64,000 bases of DNA from contig CAWDMZ010000002.1 in assembly GCA_963803555.1 (NCBI GenBank), forward strand, positions 283,052 to 347,051, read 5' to 3'. Positions 32,163 to 41,864 of the stretch are shown in pieces; the stretch's first letter is position 1; each line of letters opens with the position of its first letter. The DNA comes from an uncultured Alphaproteobacteria bacterium (GTDB lineage: Bacteria; Pseudomonadota; Alphaproteobacteria; Micavibrionales; Micavibrionaceae). The notes under the pieces were generated by a model. The model was given only the letters and a program-made list of their open reading frames with translations, ran no database searches and was not told the origin of the DNA. The translations under genes and the position numbers were made by a program.

Positions 32163-32590
32163 TGTTTTCAAGAGAAGAGTCAAAACAGATACGTCAGGAC
32201 TTCTGGATCTTTTTTGGAAAGAGATACGATCGCAAGTGGCTACGCTACAATACCGGTATAAAGGATGTCTCACTTAAATTTGATTTCACTACAAAACGTG
32301 CTCTCGTTGTATTAGATTTCGAGCATAGTGACGATTTTACCAGAGCTTACTATTGGGATAAAATTTTAAGTCTCAAAAACCTTCTAAAAAGTGAAGTACA
32401 CCCAGACCTCCTTTTTGATGAAAATTATGTGCTTGACAATGGTAAAAGCATAAGCCGTTGCTATCTCATACTGCAGGATGTAAGTATCCATAATAAAAAA
32501 GACTGGCCAGAAGTCTTTGAATTCTTTTATGAGACTATGTCCAAACTCGAACTCTTTTACTTAGAATATCAAGATTTTATTAAGGAATAA
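32162..32590 (+). CDS. Hypothetical protein (DUF4268-like)
   Basis: 142-aa soluble ORF whose start overlaps the ZIP stop. The family call is from memory of the pattern EESKQIRQDFWIFFGK. Confidence 0.4.
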   Translation: MFSREESKQIRQDFWIFFGKRYDRKWLRYNTGIKDVSLKFDFTTKRALVVLDFEHSDDFTRAYYWDKILSLKNLLKSEVHPDLLFDENYVLDNGKSISRCYLILQDVSIHNKKDWPEVFEFFYETMSKLELFYLEYQDFIKE

Positions 32591-32618
32591 TTTTTCTGCT
32601 CTCAAGCCGGCGTCTATT

Positions 32619-32636
32619 GCTTATCGCGAAAATTTT
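32619..32636. repeat. TTTCGCGAAA-core palindromic element, degenerate copy
   Basis: gcttatcgcgaaaatttt, 29 nt after the stop. It shares the flank cgcgaaaattttaaat with 15080. Confidence 0.5.
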
Positions 32637-32778
32637 AAATGAATGAAGAGCTTTAGGTTGAAAAACAATATTAAAACCATTATAACTAAAAACTTTTTTT
32701 ACAAATAGTTTAAGAATTGCTACCGGTAAACTGTTGAAAAAGAATACCTAGATTTGCTCATTACAAATAATATAAACT

Positions 32779-33552
32779 ATGATCGCTGCAGTATCGCTCT
32801 TTCTTATTGTAACACTATCTGTTTTGATCACAAAAGTTGCGACCATTGCCCTTGTACATACGGGACTATCTAAGGAAAGCGCAAAATTTCAATCCAGATC
32901 TGCATATACGGGTGCAGGTTTAAGTACTTCAGAAACTGAAAATATAATGAATCACCCGGTACGCCGTAAAATTATTTACAATCTGATGCTTATAGGAAAT
33001 GCTGGTATCGTAACAGCGATGTCTTCGCTCATACTTACCTTTGTTTTACCAGAATCAAATGCTTCCAGGCTTTATGGCTTACTTATCATTGTCGCGGGAC
33101 TTCTCTTACTTTGGCTAGCTATACGCAGCGCTTGGGTAGATAGGGGTCTTTCAAGACTAATTAATAAGATGCTCAAGAAATATACGGACCTTGACATACA
33201 CGACTATGCCGCTGTACTCCATCTTAAAGACGATTTTAAAGTAGTAGAAGCAAATGTAGACAGTGATGGATGGATGTGCAATCGCACTTTACAAGAACTC
33301 AATTTACGTGAGGAAGGGATTACCATTCTAGGTGTACACAGGAAAAATTCTGGATACTTTGGTTCCCCATCTGGAACTTTTAAAGTTTTACCTCACGATG
33401 TGGTTACCCTTTACGGTAAAGCTGAAGGTATTCAAAGCTTATATAATAGAAAGAAGGATTTCTATGCAGAGGTAGAACACGAGAAGTATGTGGATATTGA
33501 AGAGGAACGTCTTGTAAATGATGAAGAAAAGATCAAGGCAAATGAAAACTAA
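32779..33552 (+). CDS. Membrane protein with a C-terminal TrkA-C (RCK_C) domain
   Basis: Three TM helices, then FKVVEANVDSDGWMCNRTLQELNLREEGITILGVHR...VVTLYGKAEGI, which is the RCK_C pattern. Confidence 0.6.
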   Translation: MIAAVSLFLIVTLSVLITKVATIALVHTGLSKESAKFQSRSAYTGAGLSTSETENIMNHPVRRKIIYNLMLIGNAGIVTAMSSLILTFVLPESNASRLYGLLIIVAGLLLLWLAIRSAWVDRGLSRLINKMLKKYTDLDIHDYAAVLHLKDDFKVVEANVDSDGWMCNRTLQELNLREEGITILGVHRKNSGYFGSPSGTFKVLPHDVVTLYGKAEGIQSLYNRKKDFYAEVEHEKYVDIEEERLVNDEEKIKANEN

Positions 33553-33579
33553 TCAATCTCTTTTGAAAAGAAACACATA

Positions 33580-33620
33580 AAAAATCGGCTTAAGGAATAT
33601 CCTCAAGCCGATTTATTTTA
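33580..33620. terminator. Bidirectional terminator between convergent genes
   Basis: Stem ATCGGCTT/AAGCCGAT with an internal GGA/TCC extension, flanked by an A-run and a T-rich run. Confidence 0.7.
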
Positions 33621-33641
33621 ATCAATAGTGCGTTCAATCTC

Positions 33642-34823
33642 TTAATTTCCTGCCTCAATTATTGTTTCAGCCAGCGTTGGGAAATGCCATGTAAGATTGG
33701 CTCTGTTCAGGATTCTAAAGTTTCCTCCGTCATCCCATACTACAGGTAGCAGACCACGCTCTAAACTCTTTTCTACATAAAACTGAAAATAATCTTCTCT
33801 TACAGGTACATTATTTCGATCTCTAGCTCCCCATTCTCCTAAAATAACTGGACGCTGTTCTTGCACTACCCATTTATTATATACTCTGTCCAACTCTGCT
33901 TCTAACGCTGTTCTTTCTTGAGCGGATCCCCAAGTAGCGACTCCTCCATCTTGTCCTGTAAACTGCCAAGGAAAATACGTATGTAAAGAGATGATCACTC
34001 TCTCGTCATCATTAGGTATCACTAAATCGTTCATAGCTACAGGGACAGTACTTGCAGCATAGGTACTAATCATAATATGTCTTCCTGCATTATTACCACC
34101 CGTTGCTCTAATAGCATCTAAAGAGGTTTTATGATATTCATTTAAAACAGCACGACCTTCAGCCGTACCTCCAGACCATTCTTCGGGAGAGTTTAATAAT
34201 CGATTTTCATTGAGGGTTTCGAAAATTAATTGATCACCATAAGGCTCAAAAAGTGTTGCTACTTGCGTCCATAAACTTCCTAAACGCTCCTTTACCGCTG
34301 GTGCATCTGCATTAGTAGGTCGGATCCAAGAATTGTCGTGGTGCACATCGATAATAACGTGCATTCCCTTACTTATACCATAATTGACTGTTTCTTGAAC
34401 CGTTCTTAAATATCCAGTTTGGATCGTATAAGGCGCTGAAGATAGTTGGTTATAGCTCCAAGTAATTGGAACTCTCAGGGTACGGAATCCCATATCGTAC
34501 ACCTTGTTTATTATAGCCTGAGATGGAAGAGGATTACCCCAAGCAGTTTTATCTGCACTTTCGACATCTAAGCTATTACCTAGATTCCAACCTACTCCCA
34601 TTTCTGCAACAAGCTCGGCAGAAGTAATGTCCCTAATGGTACCAGGAATTGCAATGCTTTGATCGCCTCCTCCGTCTCCGTCACCACCGTCAGGTGTCAT
34701 ACCTTCTGTAGGATTCTCACCTTGAGTGTCTGATCCAGGGTTTTCATCTTCTGCGCAACTTATGCAAGCGAATGCTAAACAAATGATGAAAAAATATTTA
34801 AAAATTGAATTGGAAATTTGCAT
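33642..34823 (-). CDS. GH5 glycoside hydrolase (endoglucanase-like), lipoprotein
   Basis: GWNLGNSLD, VIIDVHHD, FETLNEN (acid/base), HTYFPWQF and LGEWGA (nucleophile). Lipobox ISCAED followed by a Gly/Asp linker. Confidence 0.85.
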   Translation of the reverse strand: MQISNSIFKYFFIICLAFACISCAEDENPGSDTQGENPTEGMTPDGGDGDGGGDQSIAIPGTIRDITSAELVAEMGVGWNLGNSLDVESADKTAWGNPLPSQAIINKVYDMGFRTLRVPITWSYNQLSSAPYTIQTGYLRTVQETVNYGISKGMHVIIDVHHDNSWIRPTNADAPAVKERLGSLWTQVATLFEPYGDQLIFETLNENRLLNSPEEWSGGTAEGRAVLNEYHKTSLDAIRATGGNNAGRHIMISTYAASTVPVAMNDLVIPNDDERVIISLHTYFPWQFTGQDGGVATWGSAQERTALEAELDRVYNKWVVQEQRPVILGEWGARDRNNVPVREDYFQFYVEKSLERGLLPVVWDDGGNFRILNRANLTWHFPTLAETIIEAGN

Positions 34824-34957
34824 AGGATTTATAGTAATTAGATGAATTTTATTATTGACTGCTTATATATGAGCCTAAAAATAAACAATTTATATAAAAT
34901 AGCACTTTCCTAATTATTATTGAGGACAGAATTAGTAAAATAAAATTAATTTCTATT

Positions 34958-36364
34958 TTACAAGCCCGCTGCATTATACAAATTTGCTTTAGCAGTCAAT
35001 TCTTTAATTATTAAAGTATTTGCTTTGAGTTGAGAGTCTATGAGTTTTTGCTCCCTAGAATTGATAAGAAATAACGAACTCTCCCCTAAGAAAAACTTAC
35101 GCTCTTCTGCCTGCACCATTGTTTGATAATCTAGAACAATATCAACAATTAATTGGTTTTGCACGGCAAGGGAACTTATCTCTGCTTCTGTCGCTTCCAG
35201 TTTGTTTTTGATGGCGAGCGTAGTCGCTGTGCGTTCATATTCGGCGTCTTGCACTTTGATTTTAGCCAATTTTAAATCACCTCGCTCCTTGCGCAGAAAT
35301 AAGGGAAAACTTACGTCTAAAAATGCCTTGTAATTTGCCGTATTAAATGTGCTGAGCTGATCTCCGTCAGGAGTAAGAAAGTTGTACTGTAAATCAACTT
35401 TAGGCAATAACTTATTTTTCTTGAGGAAACGATCTACTTCAAGCCCATCTATTTTGGCATCAAGGCTATTGAGCTTAGGGTGATTGTTTAGTAGTACTGC
35501 GGTATCTGTAATACCCACTAGTAATAAGGATACATCTAAAACGGAAAGATCTGGTTTTTCTGGATTTATATTCTCCTGAATTTCTAAAGGAATCCCATCT
35601 AACCATAAAAAGTTGCTTACTGCAAGTCTCGCTTTTTGAGCTTTCAGAAGCGCTGCTTCCAGACCAAGTTTTCTGGTTTGAGCGGTGATACGTGCTTCTG
35701 TAATGTCAATGGCAGCTTTATCCCCTTCTTCTACACTGCGTCGCACAGCTTCTAATCGTGTTGATGCATTTTCTAAAAACGTCTCGTAGATGATCCTTTC
35801 GTTTTGAGCTTCCAGCCAGTCAAAATAGGCTAGACTTGCGTCATAAATTAAGTTGTTTACTAGCAAGTCCCTATCTGCTTTGGTCTGACGTTCAAAAAAT
35901 TTCGCTTTTTTGAGCGTTGCCATTCGCTCGTTAATCAATAATCCTTGAGCTAATGCAAATGAAACTCCTGCGCTATATAATCCGTCCTCAGGGACTGTGA
36001 GGCTAGGGTCTAAAAACTCCCCTGTGTTTTCTTCAAAATTACCTTTGAGTTCTATACCGTACCACGTAGGTATTTTAAAGGTAGTATTGAGCTGATCGTA
36101 ATATTCGGTTCCTTTAAACTTCTTTCGGTCGTAGTCTACCTCTACTTTTGGGTCAAAGCCACCACGGGCCTTGAGTAGATTTGCCTCCCCCGTACTCAAA
36201 ACGAGCTCTGCCTGTTTAATGAGCGGATGGTGCTGCTTAACGTACCCCAAATATTCTTCAAAAGAAAGAACAAAAGGGTCGGTCTCTAGATTGGTTTGAG
36301 CCAGTGACATTTTCGCGAAGGCGAACAAAAGCACCATACCTATATATACAGTCTTTAATTTCAT
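34958..36364 (-). CDS. TolC family outer-membrane efflux protein
   Basis: Signal peptide and two coiled-coil/barrel repeats typical of the OEP family. It overlaps the HlyD stop by 4 nt. Confidence 0.8.
   Translation of the reverse strand: MKLKTVYIGMVLLFAFAKMSLAQTNLETDPFVLSFEEYLGYVKQHHPLIKQAELVLSTGEANLLKARGGFDPKVEVDYDRKKFKGTEYYDQLNTTFKIPTWYGIELKGNFEENTGEFLDPSLTVPEDGLYSAGVSFALAQGLLINERMATLKKAKFFERQTKADRDLLVNNLIYDASLAYFDWLEAQNERIIYETFLENASTRLEAVRRSVEEGDKAAIDITEARITAQTRKLGLEAALLKAQKARLAVSNFLWLDGIPLEIQENINPEKPDLSVLDVSLLLVGITDTAVLLNNHPKLNSLDAKIDGLEVDRFLKKNKLLPKVDLQYNFLTPDGDQLSTFNTANYKAFLDVSFPLFLRKERGDLKLAKIKVQDAEYERTATTLAIKNKLEATEAEISSLAVQNQLIVDIVLDYQTMVQAEERKFFLGESSLFLINSREQKLIDSQLKANTLIIKELTAKANLYNAAGL
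36309..36325. repeat. TTTCGCGAAA-core palindromic element, 1-mismatch copy
   Basis: attttcgcgaaggcgaa inside the TolC signal peptide, read as FAFAKM. Confidence 0.55.
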
Positions 36365-37716
36365 TTCTTCTCTTTTAATGTCGTATCCGTACCGTTAGGT
36401 AAATAGTAATCAGGTGGGAAACCATTGAGTTTACGCCACAGTTCGTACCAGATTGGCACGTCTTTGAGCAAAGCGATCGTTTTAGCCCCAGAACCTACCC
36501 TTACATTCTTAGGCCAGTTCTCTGCATTGGGATCTGGTGCAATAAGCACCCTAAACTTTCCATTAGGACTAATAAAAGTTTCGACAGCAACCACTACTCC
36601 CGCATAGGTACCAAACGATGCGTCTGGCCAACCGCTAAAAACAATCGCAGGCCACCCGTCAAACCAGACCCGCACCGTTTCTCCCGTGTGTATGAGAGGT
36701 AAGTCTATAGGCTCTACAAAAGTCTCTACGGCAAGGTCATAGTCTGCTGGCATTATGCCCACAAGTTGCTCCCCTTCTTTAAAAGTCTCCCCTATACCAG
36801 ATTTAATTGCTTTATTTATAAATCCGTTTTGAGGGGCGAGCACAAATTGTAGCGTGCTTCTTATCTCATAATTAGTAGATGCGTTTTCTAATTTACTGAC
36901 TTGGGCCTCTGTGTCGTACTGATTAGATGATGCCGTAAATTTATCACTCTGCGACTTGCTTATTTTCTCTGCATACTCAGCATTGATGCGGGAAATTTCT
37001 AAAGATGCATTAAGTACCTCGTTCTGACTCCCGAGGTATTTATTTTCTTGGGAAATAAGTTTTGCCTCAGTTTCCTGTAATTTGAGTCTTTTATCTTCTA
37101 CATCTGCAGTACTTTTTAACCCTTCTGCTTGCAAGGTAGCGGTACGATCATACTGCTTCTGGGCGATATTTTTATTAGTACTCGCTGCAACGAGATCTAT
37201 ACTATCGCTCTGTACCTTGAATCTGGACTGTTTAAGTTTATTTTCTGCTTGTTGCAGTTTTAGGCCCCGCTCCCTTTCTAGCGCGCCTAGCTGATTTTCT
37301 AGTGCTTGTACTTTTGACTTATAAGATCCTACCGCATTACTCTTTGCGTCTCGTTGCTGGCGCGTGCGTTCGGCAAGGAGTGGATCTTGATATTCATTCT
37401 TTATTTCTGAAATCCGTAATATCGTATCTCCTTTTTTTACGTAATCCCCTTCTCTAACGTACCACTCCTCTACTCTTCCTGGTATTTGGGATTGTATGGT
37501 TTGCGGTCTTTGATCTGGAGTGAGGGTCGTTACATATCCATTACCAGTGACATTTTGGGTCCAAGGCAAGAAAAGAATGATCACTCCTATGAGCGCGAAT
37601 GCTAGAAGGAAACGGTTAAAATATTTGAAGTGACGGGTTTTGTGCGCTTTCGCGAAAGCGGAGTACCCATCTACATTCACCTTTTTATTAAGTTGATTAT
37701 GAGAAATATTAAGCAT
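36361..37716 (-). CDS. HlyD family secretion (membrane fusion) protein
   Basis: N-terminal TM, lipoyl-like GDTILRISE, a long coiled coil, and a beta-barrel domain. Confidence 0.8.
   Translation of the reverse strand: MLNISHNQLNKKVNVDGYSAFAKAHKTRHFKYFNRFLLAFALIGVIILFLPWTQNVTGNGYVTTLTPDQRPQTIQSQIPGRVEEWYVREGDYVKKGDTILRISEIKNEYQDPLLAERTRQQRDAKSNAVGSYKSKVQALENQLGALERERGLKLQQAENKLKQSRFKVQSDSIDLVAASTNKNIAQKQYDRTATLQAEGLKSTADVEDKRLKLQETEAKLISQENKYLGSQNEVLNASLEISRINAEYAEKISKSQSDKFTASSNQYDTEAQVSKLENASTNYEIRSTLQFVLAPQNGFINKAIKSGIGETFKEGEQLVGIMPADYDLAVETFVEPIDLPLIHTGETVRVWFDGWPAIVFSGWPDASFGTYAGVVVAVETFISPNGKFRVLIAPDPNAENWPKNVRVGSGAKTIALLKDVPIWYELWRKLNGFPPDYYLPNGTDTTLKEKK
37645..37660. repeat. TTTCGCGAAA-core palindromic element, perfect 16-mer
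   Basis: Inside the HlyD CDS, read as SAFAKAH. Confidence 0.85.
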
Positions 37717-37723
37717 CGCTTAG

Positions 37724-39382
37724 TTAATTTTTTGAGAGGATTAATCCGTTTTCTAATTGTATGTTACTCGTACATACGTTTCTCCAGTCCTTGTTGTTAC
37801 TAGATACTATAAGCGCCCACGGTCTATCTGGACTGGCCAAATATTCCATTATTTCCCGCGCCTCCTGAGCTTCAAAATGCTCTAACGCATCTTTGAGTAA
37901 GAGCACCTTAGGCTCGTGTACGATGGCTCTCGCTAAAAGAAGTCGCTTAGAAATAGTGTGTGGTATTTGCTGTCCTTCCGGAAATATCAATGTTTTAATA
38001 CCATTATTCTTCTTTCTCACAAATTTCTCCAAACCTACTATTTTGAGTACTTCATTTACACGGTCCATAGTAATATCTGAATTTCCAAAGGCAATGTTTT
38101 CAAGTATCGTCCCTTCAAAAGGAGTTTGCTCTGGAAGAACCTGTCCTATTTGAGAGCGGTAAGAATTAGGTCTCATCCCTATAAACGAAAAGTCATTTAT
38201 ATAAATAACCCCTGACGTAGGTTCTACTATTCCAGAAAGAAGCTTGAGAAGCGTGGTCTTACCAGAGCCTGAACGGCCTTCTATAAGAATACGGTCCTGC
38301 TTTTTAATAGAGAGTGATATTTCCTTTAGAACCGTCCCGCTATCCAGTGAATCGTACCCCACTTTTTCTAGTTGAATGGAGACTTCATCGTGATTCTCAA
38401 AAGGATCTATTCCTTCCTGTGGTTCCATTTTTTTATCTACTACTTGACCTATTTTTTCTAAGGAAGTCAGCACGTCATAAAAGCTCTCAAGGCCCGTGAT
38501 CAACTTTTCGACAGAACTAATTACAAGGAGTATAATAATTTCGGCAGCGACAAACTGACCTATATTCATTTGCTGGTTCAGCACGAGTAGTCCTCCTATA
38601 AGAAGGAGGCCTGCGGTAACAAGCACCTTAAAACCAATCATTTGTACAAGCTGTAATACCAAAACCTTGAAATGACTCTCACGAGCATCTAGATACTCCT
38701 CGGTAAGCTTATTATTGCGTTGCATCGCAAGAGATGTTCTTCCAGATAATTTAAAACTTACTAATGATCGCGCTATTTCCTGTAACCAGTGGGCCACACG
38801 GTATTTACTTTTAGACTCCTTAAGACTTGTTTCCAATCCTTTTCTTGCCGTAAACTTAAACACGAGATAGACCAAAATAACTAGTAAAAGACCATAAATA
38901 ATAAAAAATGGATGGTAAAAGGAAAGCAGGATCAAGCCAAACGTAATCTGTAAAATGGCTGCCGGAAAGTCTAACAATATTTTAGAAAGTCCTTTTTGAA
39001 CTGTGAGTGTGTCAAAAAATCTGTTTGCCAGTTCTGGCGGATAATAATTATCTAGCTCACTCATTTTGAGTTTGGGAAATCTATAGGCAAACTCAAATGA
39101 AGAGCGTGTAAAAATCTTCTGCTGGATGTTTTCTAGGATACGCACTTGCATAAGTTGTAAGATCCCTTGGAATGCGACCCCTAAGGTTACCAAGACTACG
39201 AGGACTATCCAAGAGGTAGATACCTGTGCCCCCTGTATTAAGTTTATAATAGCCTGGATTCCGAGTGGCAGCGTTAAGGCCACTATACCTGCAAAAATTG
39301 CATAAAAAAGGATTTGCTTGATGTCTCGCTTATCTAGCTCTAACATATTTACAAACCGTTGCCAAGGTGTCATTTCTTTCAT
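37724..39382 (-). CDS. ABC exporter (fused TMD-NBD, no peptidase domain) with an atypical NBD
   Basis: Six-TM exporter domain plus Walker A GRSGSGKTT. The signature, Walker B and H-loop positions look non-canonical (see findings). Confidence 0.8.
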   Translation of the reverse strand: MKEMTPWQRFVNMLELDKRDIKQILFYAIFAGIVALTLPLGIQAIINLIQGAQVSTSWIVLVVLVTLGVAFQGILQLMQVRILENIQQKIFTRSSFEFAYRFPKLKMSELDNYYPPELANRFFDTLTVQKGLSKILLDFPAAILQITFGLILLSFYHPFFIIYGLLLVILVYLVFKFTARKGLETSLKESKSKYRVAHWLQEIARSLVSFKLSGRTSLAMQRNNKLTEEYLDARESHFKVLVLQLVQMIGFKVLVTAGLLLIGGLLVLNQQMNIGQFVAAEIIILLVISSVEKLITGLESFYDVLTSLEKIGQVVDKKMEPQEGIDPFENHDEVSIQLEKVGYDSLDSGTVLKEISLSIKKQDRILIEGRSGSGKTTLLKLLSGIVEPTSGVIYINDFSFIGMRPNSYRSQIGQVLPEQTPFEGTILENIAFGNSDITMDRVNEVLKIVGLEKFVRKKNNGIKTLIFPEGQQIPHTISKRLLLARAIVHEPKVLLLKDALEHFEAQEAREIMEYLASPDRPWALIVSSNNKDWRNVCTSNIQLENGLILSKN

Positions 39383-39395
39383 TAAGTGAATTTTT

Positions 39396-39415
39396 AAAAT
39401 TTTCGCGAAAGCGAA
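39396..39415. repeat. TTTCGCGAAA-core palindromic element
   Basis: aaaattttcgcgaaagcgaa, in the 42-nt gap between the ABC start and the TetR stop. Confidence 0.75.
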
Positions 39416-39424
39416 AACCTATTG

Positions 39425-40093
39425 CTATTTAATCGCTCTAAAGACTAAATCACTATAAAATTTTACAATATTATTCTCGCCGTCTATCACGTTTGTGAGC
39501 GAGGGCAAGTGTTCTGAAAAGTATCGCTGGTGATGTGCTCCTTCTATAACCGTACTTATAAGCATATGAGGAAATTTATAGGAACTATTGATTTCTAAAA
39601 CAATATCACTTATTCTTTGAACGACCCTCTTATACGTCTTGTAATATCCCTTTGCGTTTTCCTTACCAATGTCTTTAGTATGGTAGGCTTTAGAAGATTC
39701 TGTGATGATGATTTTATGGAGAATAATCTCATTTACAAAAGACACCGTGCTGTCCTGAATCACATCTTCTGTAATAAGAAGCAGCGCAGCACGCAACCGC
39801 ACCATTGGGTCTGAGACATTAGTGGTGGCAAACACGAGCTTATATTCTATCCAGCTCCAGTACCAGCTTATTAAATAAACCAATAGGGCGTGCTTACTTT
39901 CAAAATATCGATATATAGAGCTCTCATTAGATCCTATGCGCTGGCCAAGCTTTTTAAAAGTAAAACTTTCAAAGCCCAGCTCATCTATCATTTCTATACT
40001 CGTACTAACTATATTACGCCCCAGATCTGTAGTCTCAGGATTTCGCGTATACAGAGCAGCGTCTATGGTTATATGAACTTGTAATTCTTCCAT
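39425..40093 (-). CDS. TetR family transcriptional regulator
   Basis: N-terminal HTH FTFKKLGQRIGSNESSIYRYFESKHALL. It heads the exporter operon. Confidence 0.8.
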   Translation of the reverse strand: MEELQVHITIDAALYTRNPETTDLGRNIVSTSIEMIDELGFESFTFKKLGQRIGSNESSIYRYFESKHALLVYLISWYWSWIEYKLVFATTNVSDPMVRLRAALLLITEDVIQDSTVSFVNEIILHKIIITESSKAYHTKDIGKENAKGYYKTYKRVVQRISDIVLEINSSYKFPHMLISTVIEGAHHQRYFSEHLPSLTNVIDGENNIVKFYSDLVFRAIK

Positions 40094-40200
40094 AGCTCAA
40101 AGATATGATAGCAATACTATTACAAAATTAAGTTTAACTATTTTTTATGAAAGTATCTCAGGATAAGTTTTGATATTTACTAAATCAAAACTGCAAGATT

Positions 40201-40518
40201 ATGATGACGCTCCAAATTGTATCGCACGATAAAGATCTCCTTAACACTATTGCAGATGATCTTCTTAAAGAAAAACTGATAGCTAATGCGTTTCTTACCG
40301 AAGAGGTAACTACAAAAACAATTGATAAGGATGATAAGGTGATTACCTCAACACAATATAGTCTTAAAGGAATATCTAAATCCCTTCTTTTTAATCGAAT
40401 CAACCAGAGATTAAGAGCGCAGTATGGCAAAGAGATGCCACTACTCTATTCGGAGCCTATCATAATGATCGATCCAGAACAAACCGAGGAAATCTTATCC
40501 AATGTAATCTCTATTTAA
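40201..40518 (+). CDS. Hypothetical protein, weakly CutA1-like
   Basis: 105 aa. The patterns IADDLLKEKLIANA...K...PLLYSEPI run parallel to CutA (LAEKLAACA...P), but the similarity is weak. Confidence 0.3.
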   Translation: MMTLQIVSHDKDLLNTIADDLLKEKLIANAFLTEEVTTKTIDKDDKVITSTQYSLKGISKSLLFNRINQRLRAQYGKEMPLLYSEPIIMIDPEQTEEILSNVISI

Positions 40519-40538
40519 CACTACAAATGGCCGCGACG

Positions 40539-40791
40539 TTTTATAAAATGCTCGGTAGTTCATTAAGATAGATCTCTAATGATGAAGCCTTAAATTTTGA
40601 ATAAATGATTTTAGAGGCCAAAAGACAACTTCTCTACTCAGATAAAAATACCGAAGAAGTTGCTTAGGAAATTGGCTTTACAAATTCCGCGCACTTCTCA
40701 AAATTCTTTAAACGACACACAACCCTACCTCCTGCCTCCTGCCTCCTGCCTCCTGCCTCCGTCCTTTAAGAAAACAATAAGTACTTTTTAA
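40539..40791 (+). pseudogene. Remnant of an AraC-family regulator (C-terminal HTH only) with three in-frame stops and a frameshifting microsatellite
   Basis: One frame reads FYKMLGSSLR*ISNDEALNFE*MILEAKRQLLYSDKNTEEVA*EIGFTNSAHFSKFFKRHTTLPP... This matches the AraC second HTH (EAK.LL....I.EIA.E.GF...S.FS..FKK..G..P..FRK). No N-terminal domain lies upstream. Confidence 0.6.
40728..40762. repeat. Heptanucleotide microsatellite CCTCCTG x4 plus degenerate CCTCCGT
   Basis: Read directly: cctcctg cctcctg cctcctg cctcctg cctccgt. Confidence 0.9.
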
Positions 40792-40918
40792 AGTCCATCC
40801 ATTTGATTTTTATTTATAAATACACTGTTGTCATAAGGCGAAGCGGTTGTAATACGTTCTTTAAGGACCACTTACCATTGAATAAGAATGACTATCTTAG
40901 AAACAAAATGGTAGCATA

Positions 40919-41803
40919 ATGAAAAAGCTCAGAAAAGAAGAAGTTAAGCAAGAAGTATTTGATCTGTATGACGATTATGCACACGATAAAATGCCCAGAA
41001 GGGAATTTATTGAAAAGCTATCTCTATATGCCATAGGTGGGATCACCGTCGCTTCCCTTATGAGCTTTTTGATGCCAGATTACGAGTCTACAAGAATCGT
41101 TGACACTCAGGAACCGAAGCTCCTCTCAGAGTACATCACCTATGAGTCCCCAGAGGGTGGTGGGACTATTAAAGGACTTTTATCAAAACCTAAAAGTCAC
41201 GACGGTAGAATGGGTGGGATTGTGGTGGTACACGAAAATAGAGGCCTGAATCCTTATATAGAAGATACTGCTAGACTTGCTGCGCTAGAAGGATTTATCA
41301 CCCTCGCCCCAGACGCACTTACTCCTTTAGGTGGATACCCAGGTAATGACGATGATGGCCGCACTATGCAAAAGGAGCGGGACAGGGATGAAATGCTGGA
41401 AGACTTTATAGCAGCCTATAGGTACCTTTTAAATCATCCAGATTGTAATGGAAAAATAGGGGTTGTAGGTTTTTGCTTTGGCGGATGGGTTTCTAATATG
41501 ATGGCAGTAAAACTTCCCAACTTAGCAGCAGCTGTACCATTTTATGGTAGCCAACCTAAAGATAATATAGAAGCTATAAACGCACCGCTTATGTTGCAAT
41601 TTGCAGGACTAGATAAGAGGGTAAATTCTGGATGGCCAGATTATGAGCAAGCTCTTAAGGAAAACAATAAAACCTATGAAGCATTTATATATCCAGAGGT
41701 AAATCACGGCTTCCACAATACCTCAACACCACGATATGACCAGCCCGCAGCAACACTTGCTTGGGAAAGAACTATCTCTTTTTTCAAAGAGCATTTGAGT
41801 TAG
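40919..41803 (+). CDS. Dienelactone hydrolase family protein
   Basis: VVVHENRGLNPYIEDTARLAALEGFITLAPD, nucleophile elbow GVVGFCFGG, and C-terminal HGF. An N-terminal PRREFIEK Tat-like segment is followed by a hydrophobic helix. Confidence 0.8.
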   Translation: MKKLRKEEVKQEVFDLYDDYAHDKMPRREFIEKLSLYAIGGITVASLMSFLMPDYESTRIVDTQEPKLLSEYITYESPEGGGTIKGLLSKPKSHDGRMGGIVVVHENRGLNPYIEDTARLAALEGFITLAPDALTPLGGYPGNDDDGRTMQKERDRDEMLEDFIAAYRYLLNHPDCNGKIGVVGFCFGGWVSNMMAVKLPNLAAAVPFYGSQPKDNIEAINAPLMLQFAGLDKRVNSGWPDYEQALKENNKTYEAFIYPEVNHGFHNTSTPRYDQPAATLAWERTISFFKEHLS

Positions 41804-41864
41804 TGGTATCTCAATGTATTTGCCTCAAAATGATAGTATCTTTAAAAAACGCTCGCTTTTATCT

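Noticed and set aside
34958-40093. The TetR-ABC-HlyD-TolC cluster as a bacteriocin or type I secretion locus.
   Set aside because: The ABC protein has no C39 peptidase domain. No small precursor peptide, RTX-like substrate or immunity gene is adjacent. It is treated as an efflux-type exporter of unknown substrate.
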